Assembly: GCA_036172245.1 (NCBI GenBank)
Contig: JAYWIR010000037.1
Span: 1,178,001 to 1,242,000, forward strand
Direction of reading: 5' to 3'
From: Raillietiella orientalis
Lineage: Eukaryota
DNA length: 64,000 nt
The number at the start of each line of letters is the position of its first letter. Within the stretch, counting starts at the first letter, position 1. Shown in pieces: positions 1-11,754 of the stretch. A program made the position numbers and the translations under genes. The notes under the pieces were generated by a model. That model ran no database searches. It was not told the DNA's origin and saw nothing but the letters and a program-made list of their open reading frames with translations.

Positions 1-1396
1 CAGAAAACCGAAAGCAGAGGGTGATGAACGCAAACGGACAGCACGGCCGAGACGCATACGAGACGCCTTATAGGCCACCTGCCAACGGACATCACGAACT
101 CAGTATGGGTCCTACCATTCTTCAGAGAGAGGTCATTGGGAAACCACATCCAGTAGCATATAAGGGAATTCAATAGGCCAAGAAGTCATATACGTAGTGG
201 CATGAATGCCTCGTGAAAGAGATATCTCAGCTTCTCTAAAAGCTCCATTTAGCCGAGATCGAGGAGGTGGTTCATCAATGCTGAAGAAAGACCGGAGGCA
301 CTATCCTTACAAGTGGGCAGGGAAATTAGGATGCGTCTCTAACCTTCGTTCAGGGCACTCTGTACCTTGCACCATCGAGTTGACTTCAACTTTGTGTGCT
401 GTTTCAGAAAGGAGTCAGCAAGAAAGAGCCGCTTAGAAGACACGCAGACCCTTCCCAGGCAAGTCGGCTGAAGGCGTTTGGTATGGTGACTGCAGCATTG
501 TTGACACTGGAGGAACACGTCGGTCTCCACCCTCAGGACAAGAGTGCCGTGTGAGTCCATCCGAACCAAAGTGTACGTTTCAGTATACAGATCCCCGTAT
601 TGTTGAATCGAAGAACATGCCTGCTTCACACTTTTTCATAAGGGGTCGAGACGAAGTCTTACGCAGGACCTCTCAGAAGGCATCTTCTGCAAGCGCGATG
701 GAGGCCAAGGAATTCTTCGGAGGGGCCCTTGTTTTGTATCAGCCTTGGCTGCAGAACAAGATTCAGTTCCAGCTGCCCATCTAAGGGAAAGGTGCGCTTT
801 TCTTGAGGAGAGATGACTTTACGACGATGAGCCATTTCTGGAACCTTCAGCAAAGACACGTCGTGTACAGTCGCCAGATGTCAGAGCCTGTAGAATCGCT
901 CTCTATGCGGACACCTCAGCTAAAGAGGAGATGATTTGAAGAACAGTATTGTTCTCTAATGTTTGCAAGATTGTGGCACTTTCCAACCCAAAGATAGGTG
1001 TTGAAAGTTGAAGCCACTGGCTGTGCTTCGGAATCAAACGATGCCGGGTGCGTGATCCCATGGCATCCAGGAAAGGAAAGATTCTCCATTCTTAGAAAAT
1101 TCTGGTCACGTGCTTGGATTTCAATGATTCAAAATGGACTCGCCGCTTCTCAAACTTCCGAATCACTCTGACCCATGAACTATGAGTTTGGCTATTTCAA
1201 AGTTTCGGCTGCCAAATTAAGCGATGCTGACAAGCGACATTCAAAATAAAAAGTCCCACAGGATGACACACTACTAATTGAGGGATTTCTTTGAATCAGT
1301 GCTTCCGGAATGCAGTTTGCAGCTACACCCAGGAGTCTTGCGTGCTTGTCTTCTTAAGCAAATGAGGATTGGTAACTTACACCAACCGTATTCCAG

Positions 1397-1540
1397 CAGG
1401 AGGATTGATCGTTGCCACCCGGTCACGCCGGGGCGTTTATTATAAATTCTCTATAATTCGTGGTACGAGGCCCCACTACGGCCAACTCAACAGGACCTGC
1501 CGGGTTGCCGGTACGCAGACCTGCCAGGAGGATTGATCGT
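1397..1540. repeat. 112-bp insert flanked by a perfect 16-bp direct repeat (probable target-site duplication)
   Basis: CAGGAGGATTGATCGT occurs at 1397-1412 and at 1525-1540. Confidence 0.7.
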
Positions 1541-1773
1541 AAGCCTGAGGAGATTTCAGTGCATTTCGAATGTGCGGCACGGGATGACTCTTAGAATCCA
1601 ACGTCAACTGCTTTTCCTATGCTATCGGAAAATCTTCGCCTCGCCACCCTACCATCACGTCATCACTTTGTTTCGTTGTAACAGAAAAGCGTGGAGCATA
1701 ACCCACACAATGGACAGAAAGATGTGTGCGATCACCTCAACCTGGAATCTGCTACCCACGTTGCGTTCAAATG

Positions 1774-1900
1774 CTGTCCCTCTTCTCTGGCAGCTGAAGA
1801 CCCAAGTTAGGGGATAGTCCGTACGGGGTCGTGAGTCCAGGAAGGCTCCAGAGAAAGTAGCTTATTCCTCTTATGCTTGGTAGGGAGATCTGGATGAAAC
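1774..1900 (+). mobile_element. Diverged fragment of the LINE 5' leader (copy F), opposite orientation to copy A
   Basis: GAGTCCAGGAAGGCTCCAGAGAAAGTAGCTTATTCCTCTTATGCTTGG matches the reverse complement of 8760-8815 (GAATCCAGGAAGGCTCCAAAGGAAGAACTCCGTTTCTCTTACTCTTGG). Confidence 0.6.
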
Positions 1901-4900
1901 TCTCGCCGTGGTTTCACCCGAACATGCCAGGGAGCTTATTAAAATTCAAAATAGACTTACAGATAGTGACGGAACACGTGGTCCTACCACACTCACTTTG
2001 TCCATGGACCTTCCGGGCTGCCGGTCCCAGACCGGCGAGGTTCACTTCGTAGCGGAGGGGAACGCAAAAAGAAATATAAAAGTTCATGAAATAAAAACAC
2101 ACACACGAGAAAAAAATGGAGGGCTGATAAGGGGTCACTGTCCGCTGGAGGGCGTCCTCTGCATCCTTTCCAAGTTGCTGGCTAGGTCGGTCTTGATTAC
2201 ACCCAGGTGGGGCCATCTTGCTGCTATCCGTAGAAAGCGATACTCGATGGCATCCCTCTCGTATGGTCCTCTTTGTGTATTGCTCCGCAGATGTAGCAAA
2301 GAGCTGCCAGTGCTGCGGCTGGTTTTCCTTCCCTGCCCAGCAGGAGCCTCAAGATTCGGGTTGCCGACAATTCCTTTCATCTCCTTACCTACTCTTTGTG
2401 ACTCAAACCATGTGCCGGCCAAGAACAGGTTGGCATCCACACTTCTCCCGGGAACAGCATAGGTCTGCTTCGGGCTAATTGCGGATTCCGCCGTCTGTCC
2501 CAATTGCTTCAGTTTCGCCAGCAAGTCGGCGTCCGCGTTCAACACGGTGATCAGACGTCAGCTGCTTTTCCTCAGGTCTGCTCCTTTAGGGAGGAGATAC
2601 GCACCCTTGCTGATCGGAATGGAGAGGAAATACCGTTTGCATTCCGAGTAAGGAAAGTTAACTGATGCATCAGGAGGGTGAGCTCTGCTGCTAAGTACTG
2701 TCAAAACTCTTCAGGCAGGTCGTCCTCCCCTGGTGCTTCGAGTCAAGTAGGACTCCTTCTGACCTCCTGTATAGGAGCGTACGCACAGCCTCCGTGCTTT
2801 CAAGATGCTCCTCGAATCAGTCGGTGTTCTCCAGAACGCAGAGTCGTGGTTGCAACGAGATGTTGCATCCGCGCCATCGTTTCGGACCTCCATGTGCTGG
2901 AGCTTCGAATGCAAGGGGGTCACCCACATGGGAGCTGCCTTGATGAGGACCGTCTCAGGGTGGTCTTACCTCCAGTAAGTTTCCAGAGAGATCAGTGCCA
3001 GCATACAGTGCCAGCTCTAGGAAGAAAGAACTGCTGGAAATCAAAGACTTCTGGCCCTAGTCCCCTTTCCTTTAATTACTTAGTCTCCTCTCTCCCACTC
3101 CAGACTTCCTTAAAAATCAATCTGAGTGCCGATAGTCGTTCCTGCAGAATTCTTTTTTTTTTTTGTTGTTGCTTTTTAGGAACTGAGTTCCCAATGACTT
3201 ATGAGTTTATTTTTTGATAAACGTCCGGCGTCATCGAGTCAAAATGCAAGCTGGGAAGGATGTGCCTGAGGTGTGTTGCAGAACACTTCCGGTTCCAATG
3301 CCGTTTGAAAGGTAATTGTCTATTCAGAGAATCTAGCTCGGGAAATCCTTAGTCCCTCTTTTCTATGAGAGTACTCTCATGGCCAATTGCTTTCACTGCT
3401 CGGCCATAGCTGCACTTTTGGGCTGGCCTGACCTTCGATGAGCATATGCTGAGAAATCACATGGGTGAGCTGCGCATGCTACGATGCAGGGAGACATAGT
3501 CTTCCTTCAAATAGAATCAGTAGCAATAGACAAAGGGAGGGAGGACGAGGACCACGCCCTGAGTTACTGAGAGCCACGGCTAACCACTTTCAGCACCCTG
3601 GGGACCGTATACGAGTTCCTTGTTCTTCCGTTCTTACATGCAGCGATTCAGTTTAACTCCGCTAGAAGGCATGCTGCTCAGGGGCAGTGCCGGTCCAATG
3701 TGCAAAGGATATGCAGCCTGGGAGGAGTTGCTTGAAAACCTGCTTAGCCACTGCACGATCAGCATCGATGCAATCACCGAATGCCATGATGAGCCGGCCG
3801 ACAAGCCCAGAGAAATGAGGAAAGGACACCAGGAGATTCTGACATGCAACAGAAGGGACACCGGATTCCGATCTCGTCTGGCGCTGCAGGGCGAAGAGAG
3901 GACAGTGACATTCGGAGTCATCGTCGCCCCTTTCGAAAGGAGCCCGCGCTGAAGGCCGTGTGCCTTAGGTCTCCGCACTTGACACCAAGCGTTACGAGTT
4001 CGAATCCCCATGTGGAGGATCGACTCCAGAGGAATGCGTGAGTCGTGAGTTTCGAGTCTTCTCCGCAGGATGACGCTGAATGGTCCGTGGACTTTGTGTG
4101 AGGCACTGTGGTGGGAGCCGGAGACCTGATGTCCCTGTCGACCTATCTAGATTGGAAGGCGACTCTCTGGAGTCCTTCCAGAAATCAGGGAGCCGGTAGC
4201 CTTCGAGGCTCCCCGCCATCGCGTACCATGAAGCTGACTGGTACCCTCGGGTGGTTGCCTCTTCATATTGCAAGAAGTGCGCTACTGTCTTCAGGAGCGA
4301 CACTTCAGAGAAAATTTGGAAGCGTCCCTTTGATGTCCTCTTTTGAAGAGGACATCGAAGTCATCGCCGTCCTTGTTTCTTCTTCAGAAGAGGAAGAAAC
4401 GGAAAGGTTCCCTTGAGGGTTCCGTCCGTAGAAGATATGAAGAGTGGTCCCTCAGGAGAGAGTGAGAAAGAGATTCCCTCCCAAGCGTAAAAGCAACGGA
4501 CTTTTTTCCTCCGGAACCTTCTGTTGATCAGCATCAGGATGAGTATGCGGGGTAATGGAAAGATAGAAAGTACTGAATCCAGCCCTACGTTTTGCCCCCA
4601 CGGCAGCGGCCCCATCTCCGTACGCGCTCTGGTGGAAGCATCCCTCGGTACGAAGGGCTCGGAAAACTCCAACTCAAGGAGCTCATAAATCTTAGGGAGG
4701 CGAGCAGGACACTTGAAGAAGGAGATGGTGAACACCACCGTTCAGAGCTTGCGGGGGGTCTGTCGAACACTTCGAACAGACCACTCCCAGTAATCCGGCA
4801 TGCAAGCAGCAGGAACGACCATGGGAAAAAGTAGAAAAAGTATGGAGAATATGGGAGACTCCCACCCTCCCACAGACATTCCGTTTCACTCCTCATCGGG

Positions 4901-5533
4901 CACCTCTTCGGTGCGCTTTCCAGTCTGAACGGAAAACCTTTCGACCGGCTGACCAGACAATAGAGGTCGTTTGATGAAACGAAATGGCAAGCCCAGTTTG
5001 CGTACCGTTGGGCATCATTGCTGTGGTTTCGCTCCTTTGCAAAGTTAGTAGTAGAGGCAAATCTCTCTGCAATCACCTGGAAACCGGATCTGAATGTTAT
5101 AGACATCACAGTCAAAGGATGGATTCCCGTCTTCCGTGGATTGCTGCCACCGACTAAACCACTCAAGGTCTATACGACCTCAAGGTTGGATTTCATGGCA
5201 AACCGAAGCCTCTTGACTGTTGCGGTGGCAACCGGTCATCGCGGCCAAGTGCAGCTTGCTAATTAAGACATCTTTCATTTCAAGCTCACGATCCATCAGT
5301 ATGAAAGAATAAAGAGGGTAGAAGCTCGTTTTGCATCCGGATGCTGCTAACTAGGAGGAAGCATCTTCTTTTTAAGGATCATTGTCATGTGCTTTCGAAA
5401 CTGACATTGGTAATCAATACTATCAATACAACGGGAATAGCATTCATGTACAAAGCAGAGAAAAATCGACTTTCTCATCCTGGATGTCCGGACCATTCGT
5501 TTAAATAGAAAAATAAAAGTAAAAGTAGCCAGA

Positions 5534-5885
5534 GGGCAACATGCCGAAACGAAAGGAATGGATTGGAATTAAAATCCCTAAAATCCATACATACATTTAC
5601 GTACAAAAACATATAGGTATAAATATATGTGCAATTATACATAATAAGCGTATATGTTTATTTTTTATAATCTTCTATGTATATATATACATATGTATCA
5701 ATAATATAATCAACAATACAAAATAAATAAATATTTACGTTCAAATAACATTACCGTTAATAACACGTATGTTAATAAATATGAAACACTATGGATGTTA
5801 AATTAAATCTTTATATTAATACCTATAGAATAAGCACATATATTTATTTTCTGGATTTTAATTGGCACCGGGAAGAGGTTACCCT
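5534..5885. mobile_element. AT-rich MITE-like element (family shared with 15622-15949 and 17357-17942)
   Basis: Abrupt AT-rich block with shared internal motif AATAAGCACATATATTTATTTT; left end GGGCAACATGCCGAAA resembles the termini of the other two copies. Confidence 0.45.
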
Positions 5886-6049
5886 CACTGGGGACAGAAC
5901 TAGGGAGGAGTGCAGGGGAAGGAAGGAGGGTCAGTGGATAACGGTCTCGGTGCTTTGTGTACTGGGGTTTCGAGCTAGTCTGTCCACTATCCCTCAAAGG
6001 TCCTCGTGTGCTGACATCCCAGATGGGGTTATTTCATTGCCACTGCCAT

Positions 6050-8885
6050 GTAGCCGATGGCGATTGAGAACATCTGGTTCCTCAGGATGACGGTCCTCCA
6101 TTTTAGCGGTCACCGCTGCCCCTGCTCAGCGAAGGATTTTCAGAGAGGTACCGATGACCCTGATGGAGTAAAGATGCCTTTAAGCAGGTGCTGAGGGATG
6201 TGGAATCGGTGAAGCGCGGGACACTAAGTGCTCCAGCACGGGAGCATCCCTTGGAGAGCTGCCCTCTCGGGGGTGCTGAAGTTCCCTGCCCCGAAGGAAG
6301 ATTCAGTGTACCAGCGAGAAAGCTGACCAATGACTTTTTATTTGAAGGTGCAAAATTGCATGTCGCTCCTTTGTCACGTGCAAGAAGTTAAAGAGTGCCC
6401 GATGACAGTGCCGATTCATTCACCTGGAATGCAACGCGGGAAGGAGACAAGGACGTCTCCGATGAAGGGAAAGACGACCTTCGGTTTCCCTGTCGCCATT
6501 TTTCCTGTTTCTTTCGTTCAACGAGGCAAAAAACGACGAAAGCCCTGTAGCCAGCAGCGTCCAGAACCAAGTCGTGCACACTGCTTCACTGCAATCGTCA
6601 TTTGGTTTCAGGGGACTGCTGTCGCATCCAAGAAGCATATCCCGAGAAGTGCAGAGTGGCTCTTGAATTCGACGAGATCTGCTGGACCTGCTGCTTGTCT
6701 TCGCCGCGTTTCAAAATCTTTAAGCTGCGGAAAGAAAATGGAGAGAGCTTGACCGGGTCAAATTCTCTTGATTTTCAGCCGATGGAAAGAGAAATGAGCA
6801 CTAGGAATCATTTTGAGGAATCGGAGAAGTTCTTATCATAATAAGAGCCCAGCAAAGAGCCAGAGATTGGGACAGACTGGAAGCAACTTTCACTTCTTGT
6901 AAAACAGAGGCGATTGTTGAATCTGCGATTCTGGTTTTTCAAGTTTAAGAACAATGCAATTAGGAGGAGATCTAAGTTTTATCTCAATCTAATCTCCAGC
7001 TTCATCGTGTTTTACAACAGGTTTTCTGATCGGACTTCTGGGCTTTTATCTCCTTTAGGGCTGGTCAAAAGTTTCCATCCAACACAGACGTGTTCAGTCA
7101 AAAACAAATTCACGCCATTCTTTCTTGATTACGTAACGATTAGATCATCTTTTAGGAAGCGGCATTTTGGATTGGTTCTACACGAGATGGCGAGTATCAG
7201 ATTCACACCTCATGCACACCAGCTTTTCAAGACTGCGGCAGTCATTCTCCTGTTGTCATGAGTTATTTTCTCATCTGCAGGAAAAATTTTCCCTTGTACT
7301 GCCATGGCAGATGCGTGTAAGTAGGCGATAGGATCCACGAGACAAAAAGATGACTGCACTCACCGGGGTTTCTGAATTCAGGACTGGAGGATCCACGGCT
7401 GAAGTTCCGCAAAGTAGGAGGAAATGATCTTCAGAAACTTCCATGCGGCTTCCTCTCCCGGTGAAAGAAAAGGAAATCTCCAAAAACCTTCGAAACAGAT
7501 CGCACCACACGTTCAGGGCAAACGTGCGCTGGTCGGAATCGCGAAACCGCCGAAGATCAATCAAAAGCATTTGCTTTCGCTATGATGCGTAGCATTCAGA
7601 TGCAACATGGGGATGCTGTGTCTAGAGAAACGCACGCCTAGTTCCCAGTGCCCATGCAAGTGAACTGACTGCCCCCCTCCTCCCCGCTTCCCTCCATTTT
7701 TATATTGCTCCCCGATCTTTGTACCTTTTATCATTTCATGCCAACATGCATTCAGAAGAGCAGACTCGAGACGACCGTCTGAAAGGAGGCGAAGTCAGTA
7801 GCTAAAATGTTGTACGCCGAATCGATTCCAACTTCCACCTCATACCAGGCACCAGAGTTGCAGTGATGACATTCTCAGAGATATGCAAAGAAGGGAGGTG
7901 ATGATTGAGTCTTTCGAGAGAGAACACTGACTGCATGGATTCGAAGCATCTTTGGAAACGAAACTTTCGAAGCTTCGGATGCTTTCTACTTCCGAACGGA
8001 AGGTCCGTGCTAACTGTAGATCGCAAGAACATCTCCGAGACTCTTCAGACAAACACATCCAACGAAGCAACAGGAATACAAAACGGGGCGAAGGACGCAT
8101 CGCAGACTTTCATTCGAGGATCGGTTCATGGAGGAGGAAGCGCAACACGGGCGGGAGACGTGTCCTTCCACATCTTGACCAGGTCAGCAGTTTCAGATTC
8201 ATAAGAATGAAAAGGAGTTTCCTGTGATTCGGAAGCTGAGCTGAAAGCAAAAACTGCTTGAATTCCAAATCAGAGCTGCAAGAAATGACTCCCTGCACAG
8301 CAAAAAGAAGTGCCCCCACGGCACGGAAAGAGTGCAAAAAGAACTCTAACGGGTTTGGCTGAACAGTCTGTTCCACTAGTCGGTGAACTTAGCCACACGG
8401 CACGCCAATGCGTGACGTGTGTGCCCCTCCAGGAATGAAGTAGCCGGTACCCTTCGCGATTCCCCTCCATCGCGTACCATCTAGCTGGTTGATACCCCCT
8501 TCCCCCCCGGTGGTTGCCTCTCAGAGTGTAAGAAATCGAGCTGTTCTCTTCGGAGCACGCCCTGCAGAGAAAATTCAAAGCGTCCGTTCGCGGTTTCTTC
8601 TAGGGGAGTAAACAAGGAGCGGTTCTCTTGAGGGTTCCCTTCGGAGAAGGAATTCCAAAAGCGTATTCTTTCTGGATTCCCTTCGGAGAAGAAATGAGAA
8701 GGAGCCCCCTTCAGGGGTACTTCTCTCGGGAAAATGAGGATGAGGATACCTTCGGGATTCTCTCCCAAGAGTAAGAGAAACGGAGTTCTTCCTTTGGAGC
8801 CTTCCTGGATTCATAGGGTGGTTCCCCCGGGTCACCCCCTATCTTGAAGAGTTGGAACAACGCACCCTCGGGTGGAGTGGGACAG
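6050..8885 (-). mobile_element. Decayed L1/Tx1-like non-LTR retrotransposon (copy B) with complete structured 5' leader (about 8420-8885)
   Basis: Leader homologous to 51440-52102 and 55575-56119. ORF 7271-7570 reads LIDLRRFRDSDQRTFA...SEDH...RGSYRL (APE endonuclease C-terminal motifs). GQLSKGCS near 6250 resembles the RT motif GxRQGCPLS. Confidence 0.6.
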
Positions 8886-9519
8886 AGGACACTTCCATGG
8901 TTGGAACACTCATGCTACTGTTTGTGTCCAGGAACAGAAGTTGAGTATTGTCTATTCTATTATCATTGCTCACAGCTTCTTCAAAACATGCTAATAAACT
9001 ATCATCTTGAGGTTGCCTGCTATTTTGCTCTTTTTCTCCATCTAGCTTTCCATCACCATCCCAATCAATTTTAAACCTGATTACTCTGGGTGCTGTGGCC
9101 AAAATATTGCGGGTCATCTTATCATAAATAGGAGTTGGAGGTGGATTCTCTCTCATCTCCTGGTCCAAATATTCATTATTTACATAATAACCAACACGGA
9201 TAAATTCTTGCCCTTTGTATGAACAAGTCAATAGCACTACTGTTACTCCCACAGCATCTTGCAATGGAATCTTGCTAGTATCAGGAGGATCAGCTTGAAA
9301 CACAAACATGTGCCTCCCCTCTGGAACTGGACCAACATATACAGTATCTAAGATCTGGTCATACTCTTCACTTTCTGCTGACCCAACATAAATTATCTTC
9401 CACTCCAAGTCTTCCGCTAGATCTTCTATACACTCAGATGTTATTTCGAATTGAAAAGGATTATTAAAGGGTGATGGATTGTCCAATACAATTACATTTG
9501 AAATATGCACTTTAGCCAT
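8839..9519 (-). CDS. ASF1: Histone H3-H4 chaperone ASF1, intronless, 226 aa; probable retrocopy whose last ~15 codons and stop come from LINE sequence
   Basis: Unmistakable ASF1 N-terminal domain (MAKV..NVIVLDNPSPF.NPFQFEIT.ECIEDL.EDLEWKIIYVGSAESEEYDQILD...GVTVVLLTCSY.GQEFIRVGYYVNNEY...PRV.RF.IDWD). Open frame; D54, V94 and R108 retained. Functional status uncertain. Confidence 0.95.
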   Translation of the reverse strand: MAKVHISNVIVLDNPSPFNNPFQFEITSECIEDLAEDLEWKIIYVGSAESEEYDQILDTVYVGPVPEGRHMFVFQADPPDTSKIPLQDAVGVTVVLLTCSYKGQEFIRVGYYVNNEYLDQEMRENPPPTPIYDKMTRNILATAPRVIRFKIDWDGDGKLDGEKEQNSRQPQDDSLLACFEEAVSNDNRIDNTQLLFLDTNSSMSVPTMEVSSVPLHPRVRCSNSSR

Positions 9520-9539
9520 ATGTTTCTATACCCGTTTCG

Positions 9540-11100
9540 AATTCCGTCACTGTTCACACAAGTGAGTCCGGGAAAACGGTTTTTGAGAACGAGCAGCTTA
9601 GCGTTGTCCGGGCGACCGCCGCATCCGCCGTCTTTCGCCGATCGTCCTCCATCTCGAAAGTGCACCGGAATGCTACCGAAGAATGTTTGAACGGTCCATG
9701 GCTTCGTCCCCTCAAACCGTCTGAAGTGGTGGCATTGCGCCCGAAGCCCATATACCACCTTCTTCCTTCACGTCCGTCTCGAAATTTCGACAGAGGGCAC
9801 CAACACGAGTTGCGAGAAAACGTCTTTCCTTGCCAGCAACAGAACACAAAGTCACGCCTCTCCGTATACGATTCAAGGAAGGTACGTGGTACACGGCCCC
9901 TCTGCTCTCCGATACATGCCATGAACAATTCAGTCATAGAACCTCAGCGAGTACAGTTCTGTTTCTACGGTGGAAAGCGAAAGCATCATTTTACTTACCG
10001 CTGAATTTGAAATCTCAACTGATCCCTGAAAGGATTTATCTCGTTTCTTTAAGCAGAGGGCTTTTCCGTTTGGTACCACTGCGGCAGAAATTCATCTTCC
10101 TGGTAGCTCTTCCTGCATTCGGCGATTCGGGAAGATGCTTCTTCTCAAGAGTGGAGATGGCCCGGTGGTGGAATATCTCTTTTACGAAGAAACAAAACTG
10201 TTTAGGAGAAGCTGCATGCCAGAAAATGCAAGTTGGCGAGCATCCACCCAGGAAGGGACGGGACGATATCAGAATGTGGTTCGGCGTCCTTTCGATCGCG
10301 GGTGCCCAAGTGCGACTGTGAACAAATTCTAGATGGGTGCAAACGTCTTCAAGCTCAGTACGTCGACTCCTGGGTCTTCGCGGTGTCAGCCACGGTGTTC
10401 AGATGGACAACGATTGAAGAGACTCTTTGAGACCATTTCAGAATGCCTGGCGGTAGTCGGCGAGAAGGAAATTCGATTTCCGCGAATCGTTCGGTTTTGA
10501 ATCAGCGGTGTGATTTGTGAATGATGGCGTCTCGCGTGCCTTTTTCAGAATCGCAGCATTCGAAGAGCACTTCCTTCTTCAGAAGAAGAGGCTTTAGAAG
10601 CTTCCATTCACTTCATCGGGCTCAACTTCGTCGATCAAACAACTTGAGGTTTGCATTTGTAAACAAAGTTATTGAATTGCTTGTTTAATAAACATCGGAC
10701 GGCATTTAGCATGTTGCGGGTAGACTGAGAGCGATCGGTGCATCTCGCGCTCAGTTTTCCATCTTTTTGCTGCAGCGAGGGGGGAATTCTCCGGAAATTT
10801 TATCTGTCTCAGAGCGTGAGGAGAGATGAATTTCGACCTCGTTGCGTTTCTCAGGCTGGCTTTGCACTGAATGTTAGATTGCTTGCAAGTCGCACACGAA
10901 CTTTTCACGTGGTGTATGTACATCCGAAGCGTGCACGGGAACGTATCCTCACGTGTGAGGATACGTTCATCTGCTCACTTTCATTTTCCTGTTTCGCAAA
11001 AGAGAATCTTGCTTCCCTGCTCACCACCCCCCACCTTCTAGGTTCCATTGTGTCATGACTTCTGCGCCAAAGTGGAGAGCAGCCATTGCCGTGAAAAGGA
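9540..11100 (+). mobile_element. Decayed non-LTR retrotransposon RT region (L1-like), plus strand
   Basis: ORF 9660-10004 contains SRNFDRGHQHEL (cf. EKAFDRVxH) followed by RGTRPLCSP...IEP (cf. RGxRQGCPLSP...EPL); weak zf-RVT-like remnant near 10950. Confidence 0.5.
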
Positions 11101-11702
11101 ATTCGCAATTCTTCACCGAACTCGTGATTCCGCTCTCATGCAAAGGAAGAACCCATCTCGTCCTGAACCTTCTTTTCAGGTCGTCAGCTGTGCCTCATTT
11201 CGGCACCATGGAAATTCAAATGGCAAAAGTCTTTTTCCGAGAGCGATGCCGTCCTTCCACCTGTGGCTGAATTCTTTCTAATTATCAGAGCCTTACAAAG
11301 TCCTGACATCCTCCTTACGACCGAGGAGGAATTTCGTTTCTATTTGCCTAAACTTAGGGAGAGCTGCTACTGCAAAGTACTCGAATGCAGGAAAAGATGC
11401 GCTGCGAACCGCTAAAGATTTACTTTCTGGATATTCCTTGCGTTTTCCCTCACAAGCCTGCAATGCGGGGGAGGGGAGGGATGTCCGCACAAAATGCTGT
11501 ATGGCTTCCTTTCCTAGAGCATTTGTGCATCTTTCATTTGCAGCATTCAGCTCAAAAGCAAGCCTCAGGTGCGTAACTCCTGAAGGTAGGCATGCCTTTT
11601 CATTTTAGTAACCTCTCTTATTAGATCTTCATTAGAGATCATTCGCAAGTGCCGTCCTCTAAGTTTGGAGCAGTCTAAACCGTGCCCCGTTTTGCGCATC
11701 TG

Positions 11703-11703
<1 letters not shown>

Positions 11704-11751
<48 letters not shown>
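11704..11751. repeat. 48-nt T homopolymer (possible young poly(A) tail on the minus strand)
   Basis: Uninterrupted T run read directly; no target-site duplication found. Confidence 0.85.

Positions 11752-11754
<3 letters not shown>

Larger units (their letters stand above)
250..4530 (-). mobile_element. Decayed L1/Tx1-like non-LTR retrotransposon (copy A): structured 5' leader about 4100-4530, endonuclease remnant, RT remnant, C-terminal CCHC remnant; interrupted by other inserts
   Basis: ORF 2135-2545 reads LNADADLLAK...AISPKQTYAVPGRSVDANLFL, matching the L1/Tx1 RT pattern LLNxDYKILAK...IIxPxQxYxVPGRxIxDNL. 3940-4100 aligns by eye with the endonuclease start of copies at 51240-51420 and 52500-52660. 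The 500-560 region reads VETDVFLQC (zf-RVT-like). Joining the 3' piece to the same element is inferred. Confidence 0.65.

Noticed and set aside
4560..5400. Possible further LINE 3' remnant (KRCPMRSETECL)
   Set aside because: A single weak zinc-finger-like match, not enough to call.
9517..9522. NdeI site (CATATG) at the ASF1 start codon suggesting a cloned construct
   Set aside because: No vector, tag or ribosome-binding sequence nearby, and a 6-mer overlapping ATG arises easily by chance.
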